Assembly (NCBI GenBank): GCA_002733765.1
Contig: NVWU01000007.1
Location: 157,568 to 221,567, forward strand
Direction of reading: 5' to 3'
From: Colwellia sp.
GTDB taxonomy: Bacteria; Pseudomonadota; Gammaproteobacteria; Enterobacterales; Alteromonadaceae
Length of the DNA: 64,000 nt
The translations under genes were made by a program, and so were the position numbers. The notes under the pieces were generated by a model. It was given only the letters and a program-made list of their open reading frames with translations. It was not told the origin of the DNA and ran no database searches. Below, in pieces: positions 41,345 to 50,965 of the stretch (position 1 is the first letter of the stretch; each line of letters starts with the position of its first letter).

Positions 41345-42745
41345 TTAAAAATCTGCGTTATTAGGTGTTCTTGGGAAAGGGATCACATCACGTACATTTT
41401 GCATACCAGTAGCATAGGCCACTAAACGTTCAAAACCTAAACCAAAACCAGCATGAGGTACAGTGCCGTAACGACGTAAATCTCGGTACCAGCCGTAATC
41501 AGCAATATCTAAGCCCATTTCTTCTAAACGACTATCTAAAACATCAAGACGTTCTTCACGTTGGCTACCACCAATAATTTCACCAATACCTGGCGCTAAA
41601 ATATCCATTGCGGCAACTGTTTTGCCATCATCATTTAAACGCATATAGAAAGATTTAATGTCTTTAGGGTAATTTTGTAAAATCACCGGGCCATTAAAAT
41701 GTTCTTCTGCTAAATAACGTTCATGTTCAGAGTTTAAATCAACGCCCCAAGAAACAGGGTTTTCAAACTTCTTACCACAGTTCTCTAAAATGGTAATGGC
41801 GTCAGTGTAATCTAAACGAACAAAATCATTATCAATCACTGAATTTAAACGCTCTATAACTGTTTTATCAACACGTTGTTGGAAAAAGGCGATATCGTCA
41901 CTACGTTCGTCTAAAACTGCTTTAAGAACATATTTAAGCATTTCTTCTGCTAAATCTGCTGCATCTGATAAATTAGCGAAAGCAATTTCAGGTTCAATCA
42001 TCCAAAATTCAGCTAAGTGACGAGAAGTATTAGAGTTTTCAGCTCTAAAAGTAGGGCCAAAGGTATAAACTTTTGATAACGCGTTACAATAAGTCTCAAC
42101 ATTTAGCTGCCCAGAAACGGTTAAAAAGGTTTCTTTACCGAAAAAGTCTTTATTGTAATCTACTTTGCCTTCATCGTTGCGTGGCAAGTTCTCCATATCT
42201 AAAGTACTTACGCGGAACATTTCTCCTGCGCCTTCACAATCACTACCAGTAATAAGTGGTGTGCTGATCCAGAAGTATCCTTTTTGGTGAAGAAAGCGAT
42301 GAATAGCCTGAGCTAAACAATTGCGAACGCGAGTAACGGCACCGCCAATATTGGTACGAGCGCGTAAATGTGCTTGTTCACGTAAAAACTCAATACTATG
42401 GCGCTTTGCTGCCATCGGGTAAGTATCAGGGTCTTCAACAAAACCTAACACTTCAACAGCCGTTGCTTGAATTTCAAAAGATTGCCCTTTACCCGGGGAT
42501 TCAACTAAAACACCAGTGACTTTAACTGAACAACCAGTGGTTAGTTTAAGAACCTCTTCTTGATAATTATTAAGATCACTAGGTACGATAGCTTGGATGG
42601 CATCAAAGCATGAGCCGTCGTGAATAGCTAAAAAAGAAATGCCTGCTTTTGAATCGCGGCGAGTTCTGATCCAGCCATGCACGGTAATAGTTTCATCAAC
42701 AGGAAATTTTCCTGCTAATACATCAGTAATTGCTATAACTGACAT
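41345..42745 (-). CDS. asnS: Asparagine--tRNA ligase
   Basis: Full-length class IIb aaRS. '[21 protein letters not shown]' and 'GFGLGFERL'. 466 aa, as in E. coli AsnS. Confidence 0.95.
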   Translation of the reverse strand: MSVIAITDVLAGKFPVDETITVHGWIRTRRDSKAGISFLAIHDGSCFDAIQAIVPSDLNNYQEEVLKLTTGCSVKVTGVLVESPGKGQSFEIQATAVEVLGFVEDPDTYPMAAKRHSIEFLREQAHLRARTNIGGAVTRVRNCLAQAIHRFLHQKGYFWISTPLITGSDCEGAGEMFRVSTLDMENLPRNDEGKVDYNKDFFGKETFLTVSGQLNVETYCNALSKVYTFGPTFRAENSNTSRHLAEFWMIEPEIAFANLSDAADLAEEMLKYVLKAVLDERSDDIAFFQQRVDKTVIERLNSVIDNDFVRLDYTDAITILENCGKKFENPVSWGVDLNSEHERYLAEEHFNGPVILQNYPKDIKSFYMRLNDDGKTVAAMDILAPGIGEIIGGSQREERLDVLDSRLEEMGLDIADYGWYRDLRRYGTVPHAGFGLGFERLVAYATGMQNVRDVIPFPRTPNNADF

Positions 42746-42891
42746 GTAATGACCTCTTATATTTTTATCAAATGTACTGAATTTTTTAAGAGGGTTATGT
42801 TACCGTGACTTTTATGTTTAACAAGTAAAACTTACTAAATTAATTAACAATAATTGAAAAAGTTACCTTACAAGGTCAAAAAAATTTAAAT

Positions 42892-43290
42892 ATGGATAAA
42901 AAGCACATAAAATCAGCCCGAGCAACTAAGATAAAAGAACGGCGGGAATCTCTCGATTTTTGGTTTTATCTAACACAAGTCTTAGCATTACTAAGTTGGA
43001 TACTGTTTATTTTGGCTTTGGTGGTGTCATTTTATGCAGCACCAGAAAAAGATTATGGGGTTCTGCGTTATTATGATATTGAAATTAGACAGTTTTGGTT
43101 GACACCATTAACCGGTTATTTATACCTTATTATATGGTCTAGTGCCGCGGCTAGTTATGCATCAATGCTGGTAGAAAAATATAGAAGTAGGAGGCTCAAT
43201 GATAATACTCATTACCATTTGTACTTCGTGCTAATTACCAATATTATTTGGCTCTCGGTAATTTTAAATCATACACTTAACACTAATTAA
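42892..43290 (+). CDS. Hypothetical membrane protein (132 aa)
   Basis: Three TM segments. No recognised family. Confidence 0.5.
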   Translation: MDKKHIKSARATKIKERRESLDFWFYLTQVLALLSWILFILALVVSFYAAPEKDYGVLRYYDIEIRQFWLTPLTGYLYLIIWSSAAASYASMLVEKYRSRRLNDNTHYHLYFVLITNIIWLSVILNHTLNTN

Positions 43291-43295
43291 CGTAG

Positions 43296-44639
43296 CTAAA
43301 TAAAACATTCATCTTCAGCTAACACGGTTGAAATGGCATTGACTAACATTGTTAACTGTTCTGTATTAATGATAAGTGGCGGAATAATATAGATAAGTGT
43401 GCCAAAGGGGCGGATCCACACACTTAGTTCAACAAAGCGTTTTTGTATTACGGCTACGTTCACCGCTTGCAAACATTCAATTGCGCCAATAGAGCCTAAT
43501 ACACGGGCATCTTTTACTCTGTGGTGTGTTTTAAATGGGTGTAATAATTCTTTTAATTTGTGTTCAATGGTTTGTACTTGTACTTGCCAATTATTTTCAA
43601 ATAATAGATCAATACTGGCGTTAGCTACTGCACAGGCTAGTGCATTGCCCATAAAAGTAGGTCCATGCATAAAGCATCCAGCTTCTCCTATACTAATAGT
43701 ATTAGCAATATCATTAGTACACAAGGTAGCTGCTAGCGTCATGTATCCGCCAGTAAGCGTTTTACCTAGGCAGATAATGTCAGGGCTAATATCAGCCCAT
43801 TCACAAGCAAATAGCTTTCCTGTACGGCCAAAGCCAGTGGCAATTTCATCAACAATAAGCAATACATTATATTGATCACATAATTGGCGACAAGCTTTCA
43901 AATACTGAGGATGGTAAAAACGCATGCCACCTGTACCTTGTACAATTGGCTCAATAATAAAGGCAGCTAATTCATGATGATGTTGCTTAAATAGTTGAGT
44001 GAGTTCTTTAGTGTCATCACTATGCCATTGCTCACCAAATTTAATGATAGGCGCAGGAGCAAAGTAGTGTTGCATTAACACTTGTTCAAAAATTTGATGC
44101 ATACCCGTAACCGGATCACACACAGACATCGCGGCAAAGGTGTCGCCATGGTAACCATTTTTAACGGTGAGTAATTTAGTTTTTGTTAATGGGATATGTT
44201 CTTGCTGAGCTTTGCTATGCCAATATTGCAATGCCATTTTCATGGCTACTTCTACAGAAACGGAGCCTGAATCACAGAGAAATACTTTATTTAACCCTGT
44301 TGGCGTTAAATCTATTAATTTTTCACATAATGTTATCGCGCTTTGATGGGTTAAACCGCCAAACATAACATGCGACATTTTGGTTGATTGCTCAACCAGT
44401 GCAGCATTTAATTTAGGATGATTATAACCGTGTAGTACAGACCACCAAGATGACATGCCATCAATAAGTGATTCACCACTGGCAAGGTTTATGTGCACGC
44501 CATTAGCACTTTCTACCAAATAAGCAGGTAAGGGTGAAGACATGGAAGTATAAGGATGCCAAACATGTTCTTTATCAAACTGAAGTAAATCATCATTAAT
44601 TTTTTTAGATGCATAACTGGTTGGTTGTTTTTCGCTCAT
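43296..44639 (-). CDS. bioA: Adenosylmethionine-8-amino-7-oxononanoate aminotransferase
   Basis: 'HPYTSM', 'DEIATGFGRTGKLFA' (PLP lysine). Divergent from bioBFCD. Confidence 0.93.
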   Translation of the reverse strand: MSEKQPTSYASKKINDDLLQFDKEHVWHPYTSMSSPLPAYLVESANGVHINLASGESLIDGMSSWWSVLHGYNHPKLNAALVEQSTKMSHVMFGGLTHQSAITLCEKLIDLTPTGLNKVFLCDSGSVSVEVAMKMALQYWHSKAQQEHIPLTKTKLLTVKNGYHGDTFAAMSVCDPVTGMHQIFEQVLMQHYFAPAPIIKFGEQWHSDDTKELTQLFKQHHHELAAFIIEPIVQGTGGMRFYHPQYLKACRQLCDQYNVLLIVDEIATGFGRTGKLFACEWADISPDIICLGKTLTGGYMTLAATLCTNDIANTISIGEAGCFMHGPTFMGNALACAVANASIDLLFENNWQVQVQTIEHKLKELLHPFKTHHRVKDARVLGSIGAIECLQAVNVAVIQKRFVELSVWIRPFGTLIYIIPPLIINTEQLTMLVNAISTVLAEDECFI

Positions 44640-44640
44640 A

Positions 44641-44673
44641 TGTTAACTAAAAACCACTTTTATTGTTGACATT
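44641..44673. promoter_or_regulatory. Putative BirA operator (bioO) overlapping the divergent bio promoters
   Basis: ATGTTAAC-N17-GTTGACAT inverted repeat (1 mismatch). TTGACA (44667-44672), a 16-nt spacer, then TAGACT (44689-44694) forms a plausible bioB promoter. Confidence 0.5.
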
Positions 44674-44711
44674 AAGATAGTGAACGCTAGACTACCCGTT
44701 AAATTATATAG

Positions 44712-45815
44712 ATGCAAACGAGTCTTATGTCTTTAGCTTCAGTAGAAACAACCACAGAAAGTATGTCAACAAATGAAAATTCACCTGTTCGACATAATTG
44801 GAATCTTAAAGAGGTCAACGCCTTATTTGATTTACCTTTTAATGATTTAATGTTTCAAGCTCAAACTATTCATCGCCAACATTTTAATGCTAATGAAGTA
44901 CAGGTGAGTACATTATTGTCTATTAAAACTGGTGCTTGCCCTGAAGATTGTAAATATTGTTCACAAAGTGCTCGTAATAAAACAGATTTAGAGAAAGAAC
45001 GTTTGCTCGAAGTAGAAAAAGTATTAGAAGCGGCTGCAAAAGCTAAAGCGATGGGCTCTACACGTTTTTGTATGGGTGCTGCTTGGCGCAACCCGAAAGC
45101 GCGTGATATGCCTGTTGTTCTTGACATGATCAAAGGTGTTAAAGCGTTAGGGTTGGAGTCTTGTATGACTTTAGGTATGTTAGATGAAAATCAAGCTGAA
45201 CAGCTACAAGAAGCAGGTTTAGATTATTATAACCATAACCTTGACACATCACCTGAGCATTATAATCAAATCATCACCACACGTACCTTTCAAGACAGAT
45301 TAGACACTATTACAAATGTACGAAGTGCTGGCATGAAAGTGTGTAGCGGCGGTATTGTCGGTTTAGGTGAAAAAGCGGCGGACAGATCCTCTTTATTAAT
45401 ACAATTGGCAAACTTGCCTCAACAGCCTGAAAGTGTGCCTATTAACATGTTAGTGAAAGTTGAAGGGACACCGCTAGCAGATGTCGATGATTTAGAAAGT
45501 TTTGATTTCATTCGTTGTATCGCCGTTGCGCGTATTATGATGCCAAAATCTCATGTACGCTTGTCAGCAGGTCGTTCAGCAATGAATGAACAAATGCAAT
45601 CGTTGTGTTTTCTTGCTGGCGCTAATTCAATATTCTATGGCTGTAAGTTACTGACGGCTGAAAATCCTGAAACAGATACCGATACTCAACTATTTAAAAA
45701 GTTAGGTATTAATACTGAAACTGTTGTTGATAACAGTGATCTACAAGATAAAGTACTGACAACGTCTTTAGTCAATGAACAACACAAAGACTTATTTTAC
45801 AACGCTGCCCATTAA
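44712..45815 (+). CDS. bioB: Biotin synthase (radical SAM)
   Basis: '[13 protein letters not shown]', collinear with E. coli BioB. The true start may be the ATG at 44763. Confidence 0.95.
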   Translation: MQTSLMSLASVETTTESMSTNENSPVRHNWNLKEVNALFDLPFNDLMFQAQTIHRQHFNANEVQVSTLLSIKTGACPEDCKYCSQSARNKTDLEKERLLEVEKVLEAAAKAKAMGSTRFCMGAAWRNPKARDMPVVLDMIKGVKALGLESCMTLGMLDENQAEQLQEAGLDYYNHNLDTSPEHYNQIITTRTFQDRLDTITNVRSAGMKVCSGGIVGLGEKAADRSSLLIQLANLPQQPESVPINMLVKVEGTPLADVDDLESFDFIRCIAVARIMMPKSHVRLSAGRSAMNEQMQSLCFLAGANSIFYGCKLLTAENPETDTDTQLFKKLGINTETVVDNSDLQDKVLTTSLVNEQHKDLFYNAAH

Positions 45816-45852
45816 TAACCATTAATAACTGATAATAATAAATAAGACTACA

Positions 45853-47037
45853 ATGGCATTTAACTTCATTGCTGGGCAAGTAACCGCGCAAAAATTACAA
45901 GCTAGATATCGACAACGTGTTTGTTTAGAAGCGGCTGAAAGCTTTGCGCAACAGCAAGGTACTCAAATACTTGTCGATGGTAAATCTTATATAAATTTTT
46001 CTTCAAATGATTATTTGGGGTTAAATAATCACGACGACATAAATAAAGCCATGCAAGAAGGCGTTGCACGATTTGGTTTGTGTGCAAGTGCTTCAAGTTT
46101 AGTGACAGGTTTTCATTATGCGCATCAAGCCTTAGAAGATAAAATTTGCCAGTGGATAAATAAACCTCGTTGTCTAATTTTTACCAGTGGTTTTTCTGCA
46201 AATGTAGCGCTATTTCAAACATTAGGGCAAGAAACCGGAAAAGATAGAGCGCATTTTTTTCTGGATAAGTTATCTCATGCTTCTATGCTTGATGGTGCCT
46301 TTTCAAGTAAAGCTAAAGTAAAACGCTTTGGCCATAATAATATAGAACAATTAACGCAGTTATTATCTAGTTCTGATGTTCAAAATAAGTTGATCGCCTC
46401 TGAAGGTGTGTTCAGTATGGATGGCGATCAAGCTAAACTGATTGAACTTGCCAACGTAGCCAAAAAAAATGATGCTTGGCTGTATGTTGATGATGCCCAT
46501 AGCATTGGCGTTATTGGTGATAAAGGTCAGGGTAGTGCCAGTTTATTAACTAACGAAAATCAAGCAAATATTACCATGGCAACCTTTGGCAAAGCGATTG
46601 CCACTAGTGGCGCTTTTTTAGCATGCGATGAAAATGTGCATGATTATTTAATTAATTTTGCTAGGCACTATATATACTCAACGGCAATTTCTCCCGCACT
46701 TGCTTGGGCAACAATAAAAAGTATTGAACTCATTCAACAAGAACAATGGCGACGTGATAAAATTACTGAGTTAAGTGCTTTATTCATCGCGTTACTTGAT
46801 TCAAGTATTGAAGTCATACCATCTGCCTCTTCAATTCATGCAATAATTATTGGTGATGAACAAAAGGCCCTAAATGTCAGTGAACAATTAAAAAAACAAG
46901 GGATTTGGCTAACAGCTATACGTCCACCAACCGTTGCTTTTGGTAGTTCAAGGTTACGTGTTACTATTTGTGCTAACCATAACCATAATGATATCAACAG
47001 TCTATCTAGCTGTTTAAATAAAGCACTTTGTAATTAA
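45853..47037 (+). CDS. bioF: 8-amino-7-oxononanoate synthase
   Basis: 'SNDYLGL', 'FSMDGD', 'TFGKA' (PLP lysine). Position in the bio operon. Confidence 0.92.
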   Translation: MAFNFIAGQVTAQKLQARYRQRVCLEAAESFAQQQGTQILVDGKSYINFSSNDYLGLNNHDDINKAMQEGVARFGLCASASSLVTGFHYAHQALEDKICQWINKPRCLIFTSGFSANVALFQTLGQETGKDRAHFFLDKLSHASMLDGAFSSKAKVKRFGHNNIEQLTQLLSSSDVQNKLIASEGVFSMDGDQAKLIELANVAKKNDAWLYVDDAHSIGVIGDKGQGSASLLTNENQANITMATFGKAIATSGAFLACDENVHDYLINFARHYIYSTAISPALAWATIKSIELIQQEQWRRDKITELSALFIALLDSSIEVIPSASSIHAIIIGDEQKALNVSEQLKKQGIWLTAIRPPTVAFGSSRLRVTICANHNHNDINSLSSCLNKALCN

Positions 47038-47054
47038 AGGTAGGGACAGTCTTC

Positions 47055-47852
47055 ATGACTCCAACAGCACAGCATCAAAAAAATAAAATTAAAATAGCAC
47101 AAAGCTTTGGCTCTGCCAGCCGATCTTATGATGTATCTGCCAGATTACAGCGGTTTTCAGGTAAACATTTAATACCATGGTTGCCAAGTAAAAATGATCT
47201 TACGGTCTTAGACTTAGGCTCAGGTACTGGTTTTTTTACCGACTTACTGGCAAGTTCTTATAGCCAAGTTATTGGTTTAGACCTCTCAAAAGGCATGCTG
47301 CATTTTGCTCAAGAAAGTCGTAATAAAGCGATTACTTGGCTTGAAGCCGATGTGCATAAAATACCATTACAAGATGAAAGTGTAGACTTAATTTATTCGA
47401 ATCTAGTTATTCAATGGTGCGATCCACTTGATGTTGCCATTACAGAAATGTTGCGTGTATTAAAGCCCGATGGTTTGATTATCTTTACCACCTTAGTTGA
47501 TGGTACTTTACATGAATTAAAATCATCATGGCGACAAGTTGATGATGATCAACATGTTATTGATTTTAAAGCTGAGAGTGAAGTAAATGAGCTTTTCAAT
47601 ACTAACGCTTCAAGTATTTTAGAGCATAAATGCCAAGATATTGTTCTTGAATATCAAAATGTTATTCATTTAGCACGAGAGCTTAAAGGCTTAGGCGCTA
47701 ATCATTTACCGAAAAAACGTAATCGTGGTTTATCAGGTAAAGACAAATGGTTTGCGATGACAGAACATTACCAAGACTTTCTTGAGCCTAGCGGTATATA
47801 TCCGGCTACTTACCGTTTGTATTCTGGTCTTGTTGTTAAGTTGAATAACTAG
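47055..47852 (+). CDS. bioC: Malonyl-[ACP] O-methyltransferase
   Basis: 'FG.AS..YD..A.LQR', SAM motif 'VLDLGSGTG'. Operon context. Confidence 0.9.
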   Translation: MTPTAQHQKNKIKIAQSFGSASRSYDVSARLQRFSGKHLIPWLPSKNDLTVLDLGSGTGFFTDLLASSYSQVIGLDLSKGMLHFAQESRNKAITWLEADVHKIPLQDESVDLIYSNLVIQWCDPLDVAITEMLRVLKPDGLIIFTTLVDGTLHELKSSWRQVDDDQHVIDFKAESEVNELFNTNASSILEHKCQDIVLEYQNVIHLARELKGLGANHLPKKRNRGLSGKDKWFAMTEHYQDFLEPSGIYPATYRLYSGLVVKLNN

Positions 47853-47905
47853 GCTAAATAATTAAATTGTCTAGTTAAGTTACCTAGTTGAGATAAAGTC
47901 TAAAG

Positions 47906-48634
47906 ATGAAAAGTTTTTTTATTACCGCCACTGATACCGATGCAGGAAAAACATTTGTTGCCTGCGCGCTTACTCAAGCGTTAATAAATAGTGGTAAAAA
48001 GGTTGCGGTGTATAAACCAATCGCCGCGGGTTGTTATCAAGTAGGTGAACAGTTAGTGAATGAAGATGCACAGCTGTTAAGCCAATTTGCTAATTGTAAA
48101 CAAAGCATTAGTGACGTAAATCCGATTGCCCTTGAAGAAGCCATTGCTCCTCATATTGCCGCCTTAAATGAAAATAGAAAAATATCTATTGATGAAATCT
48201 CACAAGGTTTCAGTAAAGTAACCTCACTACAAGCCGATATAAATATCACTGAAGGTGCGGGTGGCTGGCGTTTACCAATATATATAAACAACGGTTTAGG
48301 GAATGATGCCAGCAAACATATTTTCTTATCTGATTTTGCTCAAGACACTAAGCAAGCAGTTATCTTAGTGGTAAACATGAAATTGGGCTGCTTAAACCAT
48401 GCACTTTTAACTTATCAAGCGATAATAGCTGACGGTTTAGAATGTATTGCTTGGATTGCCAATAATGCCAGTGAACAACCAATGGCTTACTTAAGCGAAA
48501 ATGTAACCTCATTAGAGCAACTTTTACCGATACCAAAAATTGCGCAACTCGACTTTTATCATGAGCAGAGTATGAGCTTAAAGGATAAAATTAATGCCGC
48601 GGCAACTAAAATTGATTTATCTCATTTACCTTAA
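47906..48634 (+). CDS. bioD: Dethiobiotin synthetase
   Basis: 'FFITATDTDAGKT', 'EGAGGW'. Operon context. Confidence 0.9.
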   Translation: MKSFFITATDTDAGKTFVACALTQALINSGKKVAVYKPIAAGCYQVGEQLVNEDAQLLSQFANCKQSISDVNPIALEEAIAPHIAALNENRKISIDEISQGFSKVTSLQADINITEGAGGWRLPIYINNGLGNDASKHIFLSDFAQDTKQAVILVVNMKLGCLNHALLTYQAIIADGLECIAWIANNASEQPMAYLSENVTSLEQLLPIPKIAQLDFYHEQSMSLKDKINAAATKIDLSHLP

Positions 48635-48669
48635 GCGCTAAACAAACTTGTTAAACCCCCGATGAGTTT

Positions 48670-49092
48670 TTATTTCCCCAGCTCTACCAAACAAGCACTA
48701 GCAATAAAGCCTGAACGGGTTTTATAAGCTGAGCTTTTACTCACACTTTCATCTATTTGTTTTATTAATAATTCAGGTAAGGTGACATTGATCTTATGAC
48801 TTTTACCTAAATAGGCCGTTATATCAATATCTACAATCGCCCAAAAAGCCTGTGAATAAGTGTGTGGGTGTTCGATAGTGTATTGCTGTCTGTGTTTATC
48901 AATGCTCAAAGCGGGCGGAATTTTTTCACCGTATTCAGCCAAAATAGCTAAGTGAGATTGAATACTTTGGCTTATTTTTTCTAGTCCCAAATCAATTGAA
49001 TCAGCGTGAGTACCACAACCAGGTAGGTCAGGTACTGAGACTTGATAAACGCCATCGTTCTTTACTGAAACGAAGATAATTGCATACTTCAT
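48670..49092 (-). CDS. HicB-family antitoxin-like protein (HicB fold plus C-terminal RHH-like DNA-binding tail), no hicA partner
   Basis: 'YQVSVPDLPGCGTHADSIDLGLEKI...HL' is typical of the HicB N-domain. The tail 'TLPELLIKQIDE....YKTRSGFIA' is CopG/RHH-like. Confidence 0.7.
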   Translation of the reverse strand: MKYAIIFVSVKNDGVYQVSVPDLPGCGTHADSIDLGLEKISQSIQSHLAILAEYGEKIPPALSIDKHRQQYTIEHPHTYSQAFWAIVDIDITAYLGKSHKINVTLPELLIKQIDESVSKSSAYKTRSGFIASACLVELGK

Positions 49093-49534
49093 ATTTTCAC
49101 TTTTATAAAAAAACCCAATAAAACAATGTTAACCCTAATAACCCTCTCGGTCAACATTAATACAACTCCAGTAACTCTATGTGCTAAAATAAAGATAACC
49201 CCAGTAACTCTTTACTGGCTGATGCAGGTAACTCTGATAACTCCGTTAGAGATCGGAGTGATTAATTACTTCTGTTTTAGTCTTTTAAAATTGAGATAAT
49301 AAAAATCATTAAATGAATAAGTAACCTTTATTGTTGTTGTTCAAATCATGGCTTATCGAAATATAAAATTAATACCCTAGAGTTATTTATTAATATAAAA
49401 AATTAACAATAGCTCATAAGAATTAAGCTTGATCACAGAGGTTTATAAATTAACTTTCAATAATGACAAAAAAAAAAGCTATACTAATATGGCTGCAATC
49501 ACCCGAATTAAGAGCAAATAAACAGGGATAAAAA

Positions 49535-50071
49535 ATGTACCATAATGTTTTAAAATTCTGGTTTAAAGAACTAAGCCCGCAACAGTGGTGGGAAAAAGAT
49601 AATACTTTAGATAAGTGTATTCAAGATAGGTTTGCAGGTATCCATCTACAAGCTAGTCATTGTGAACTGTATCAATGGCGTAAGAGTGCTAAAGGCCGAT
49701 TAGCAGAAATTATTGTGTTGGATCAATTTTCAAGAAATATGTTCCGAGATACCGCTAAGTCATTTGCTCAAGATTCATTAGCGCTCTCTTTATCGCAACA
49801 GGCGATTGCTATAGGTGCCGACAAAGAACTCAATGCGATAGAGCGTAGTTTTCTTTATATGCCCTTTATGCACAGTGAATCTTTGCTCATTCATCAACAA
49901 GCTTGCTTATTATATAAAAAGAATGGCATTGACAATAATTATCAATTTGAATTAAAACACTTGGAAATTATTGAAAAATTCGGCCGATATCCACATCGTA
50001 ATAATATTTTAAATAGGCAATCAAGCACTGAAGAGAGCGACTTTTTAAGCCAACCTAATTCATCATTTTAA
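49535..50071 (+). CDS. DUF924-family protein
   Basis: 'VLKFWF', 'II.LDQFSRN.FR', 'FGRYPHRN..L.R.S...E..FL', characteristic of DUF924. Confidence 0.8.
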   Translation: MYHNVLKFWFKELSPQQWWEKDNTLDKCIQDRFAGIHLQASHCELYQWRKSAKGRLAEIIVLDQFSRNMFRDTAKSFAQDSLALSLSQQAIAIGADKELNAIERSFLYMPFMHSESLLIHQQACLLYKKNGIDNNYQFELKHLEIIEKFGRYPHRNNILNRQSSTEESDFLSQPNSSF

Positions 50072-50092
50072 CAACGAGCGCTAAGTGACCTT

Positions 50093-50653
50093 ATGATTAA
50101 AACGTTAATACTAAATTTATCCCGTAAACTAGGGCTGCTCCTATTGCTACTAACAGGTACATCAACGTTAGCTACCGAGTTAACCGTAGGTATGAAAGCA
50201 CCAAATTTTAATTTGCAAGCAACTAACGGAGACTTTTATCAACTAAGTGATTACCAAGGCAAACAAGCAATTGTTCTGGCTTGGTATCCTATGGCGAATA
50301 CTCGAGGTTGTACTTTTGAATGTAAATCATTAACTGAACAAGGGCATTTAATTAGAGAGTATAATGTAAGTTATTTTATGGTTAGTGTTGATCCGCTTGA
50401 TGATAATCGTGATTTTGCCAAAAAAACAGGTGCAGACTTCCCTATGTTAAGTGACCCAACTAAGCAAGCAGCCAAAACTTATGATGTATTAAATTTTTTT
50501 AGAGTCGCGAGTCGAGTTACTTTTTATATTTCTATTGAGGGGAAAATTTTACATATTGATGAAGACGTTTCGCCTAAAACAGCGGCACCCGATATAGCAA
50601 ATAAACTAGGTGAATTAAATATTGAAAAAGCAGCCATGAACAATAAACATTAA
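50093..50653 (+). CDS. Secreted/periplasmic peroxiredoxin (AhpC/TSA-Bcp family)
   Basis: Signal peptide. 'AP.F.L....G....LSDY.GK..VL.WYP' with Cys in 'GCTFEC'. Confidence 0.75.
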   Translation: MIKTLILNLSRKLGLLLLLLTGTSTLATELTVGMKAPNFNLQATNGDFYQLSDYQGKQAIVLAWYPMANTRGCTFECKSLTEQGHLIREYNVSYFMVSVDPLDDNRDFAKKTGADFPMLSDPTKQAAKTYDVLNFFRVASRVTFYISIEGKILHIDEDVSPKTAAPDIANKLGELNIEKAAMNNKH

Positions 50654-50657
50654 CGTT

Positions 50658-50909
50658 ATGGCTAAGCCTAATAAGAAAGGTCCAACAAAAACCATCGATA
50701 TTTTTTGCAAGGCATGCAACACTCCTTTATTTAAATATCGTAAAGGCGGGAAAGGCGCTTTGGTAAAATGCTTTAAAGAGCGCATTAGCCAAGATTACAC
50801 CTTAACAGCGGGTGTTTGCCCTAAATGCGAAAAAGTATTCGCTCGGGAAACACTGGTAAGAGGTACACCTGCTTATAAAATTATCGGTGGTAAAGTTTGG
50901 TTCAAATAA
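50658..50909 (+). CDS. Small zinc-ribbon protein (83 aa), hypothetical
   Basis: CxxC pairs 'CKACN' and 'CPKCE'. 4-nt gap after the peroxiredoxin gene. Confidence 0.5.
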   Translation: MAKPNKKGPTKTIDIFCKACNTPLFKYRKGGKGALVKCFKERISQDYTLTAGVCPKCEKVFARETLVRGTPAYKIIGGKVWFK

Positions 50910-50965
50910 AGGTATTACTTATTAAAAACATTTTGAACGGTACAAATTTCCTATCGTCTTTATTA

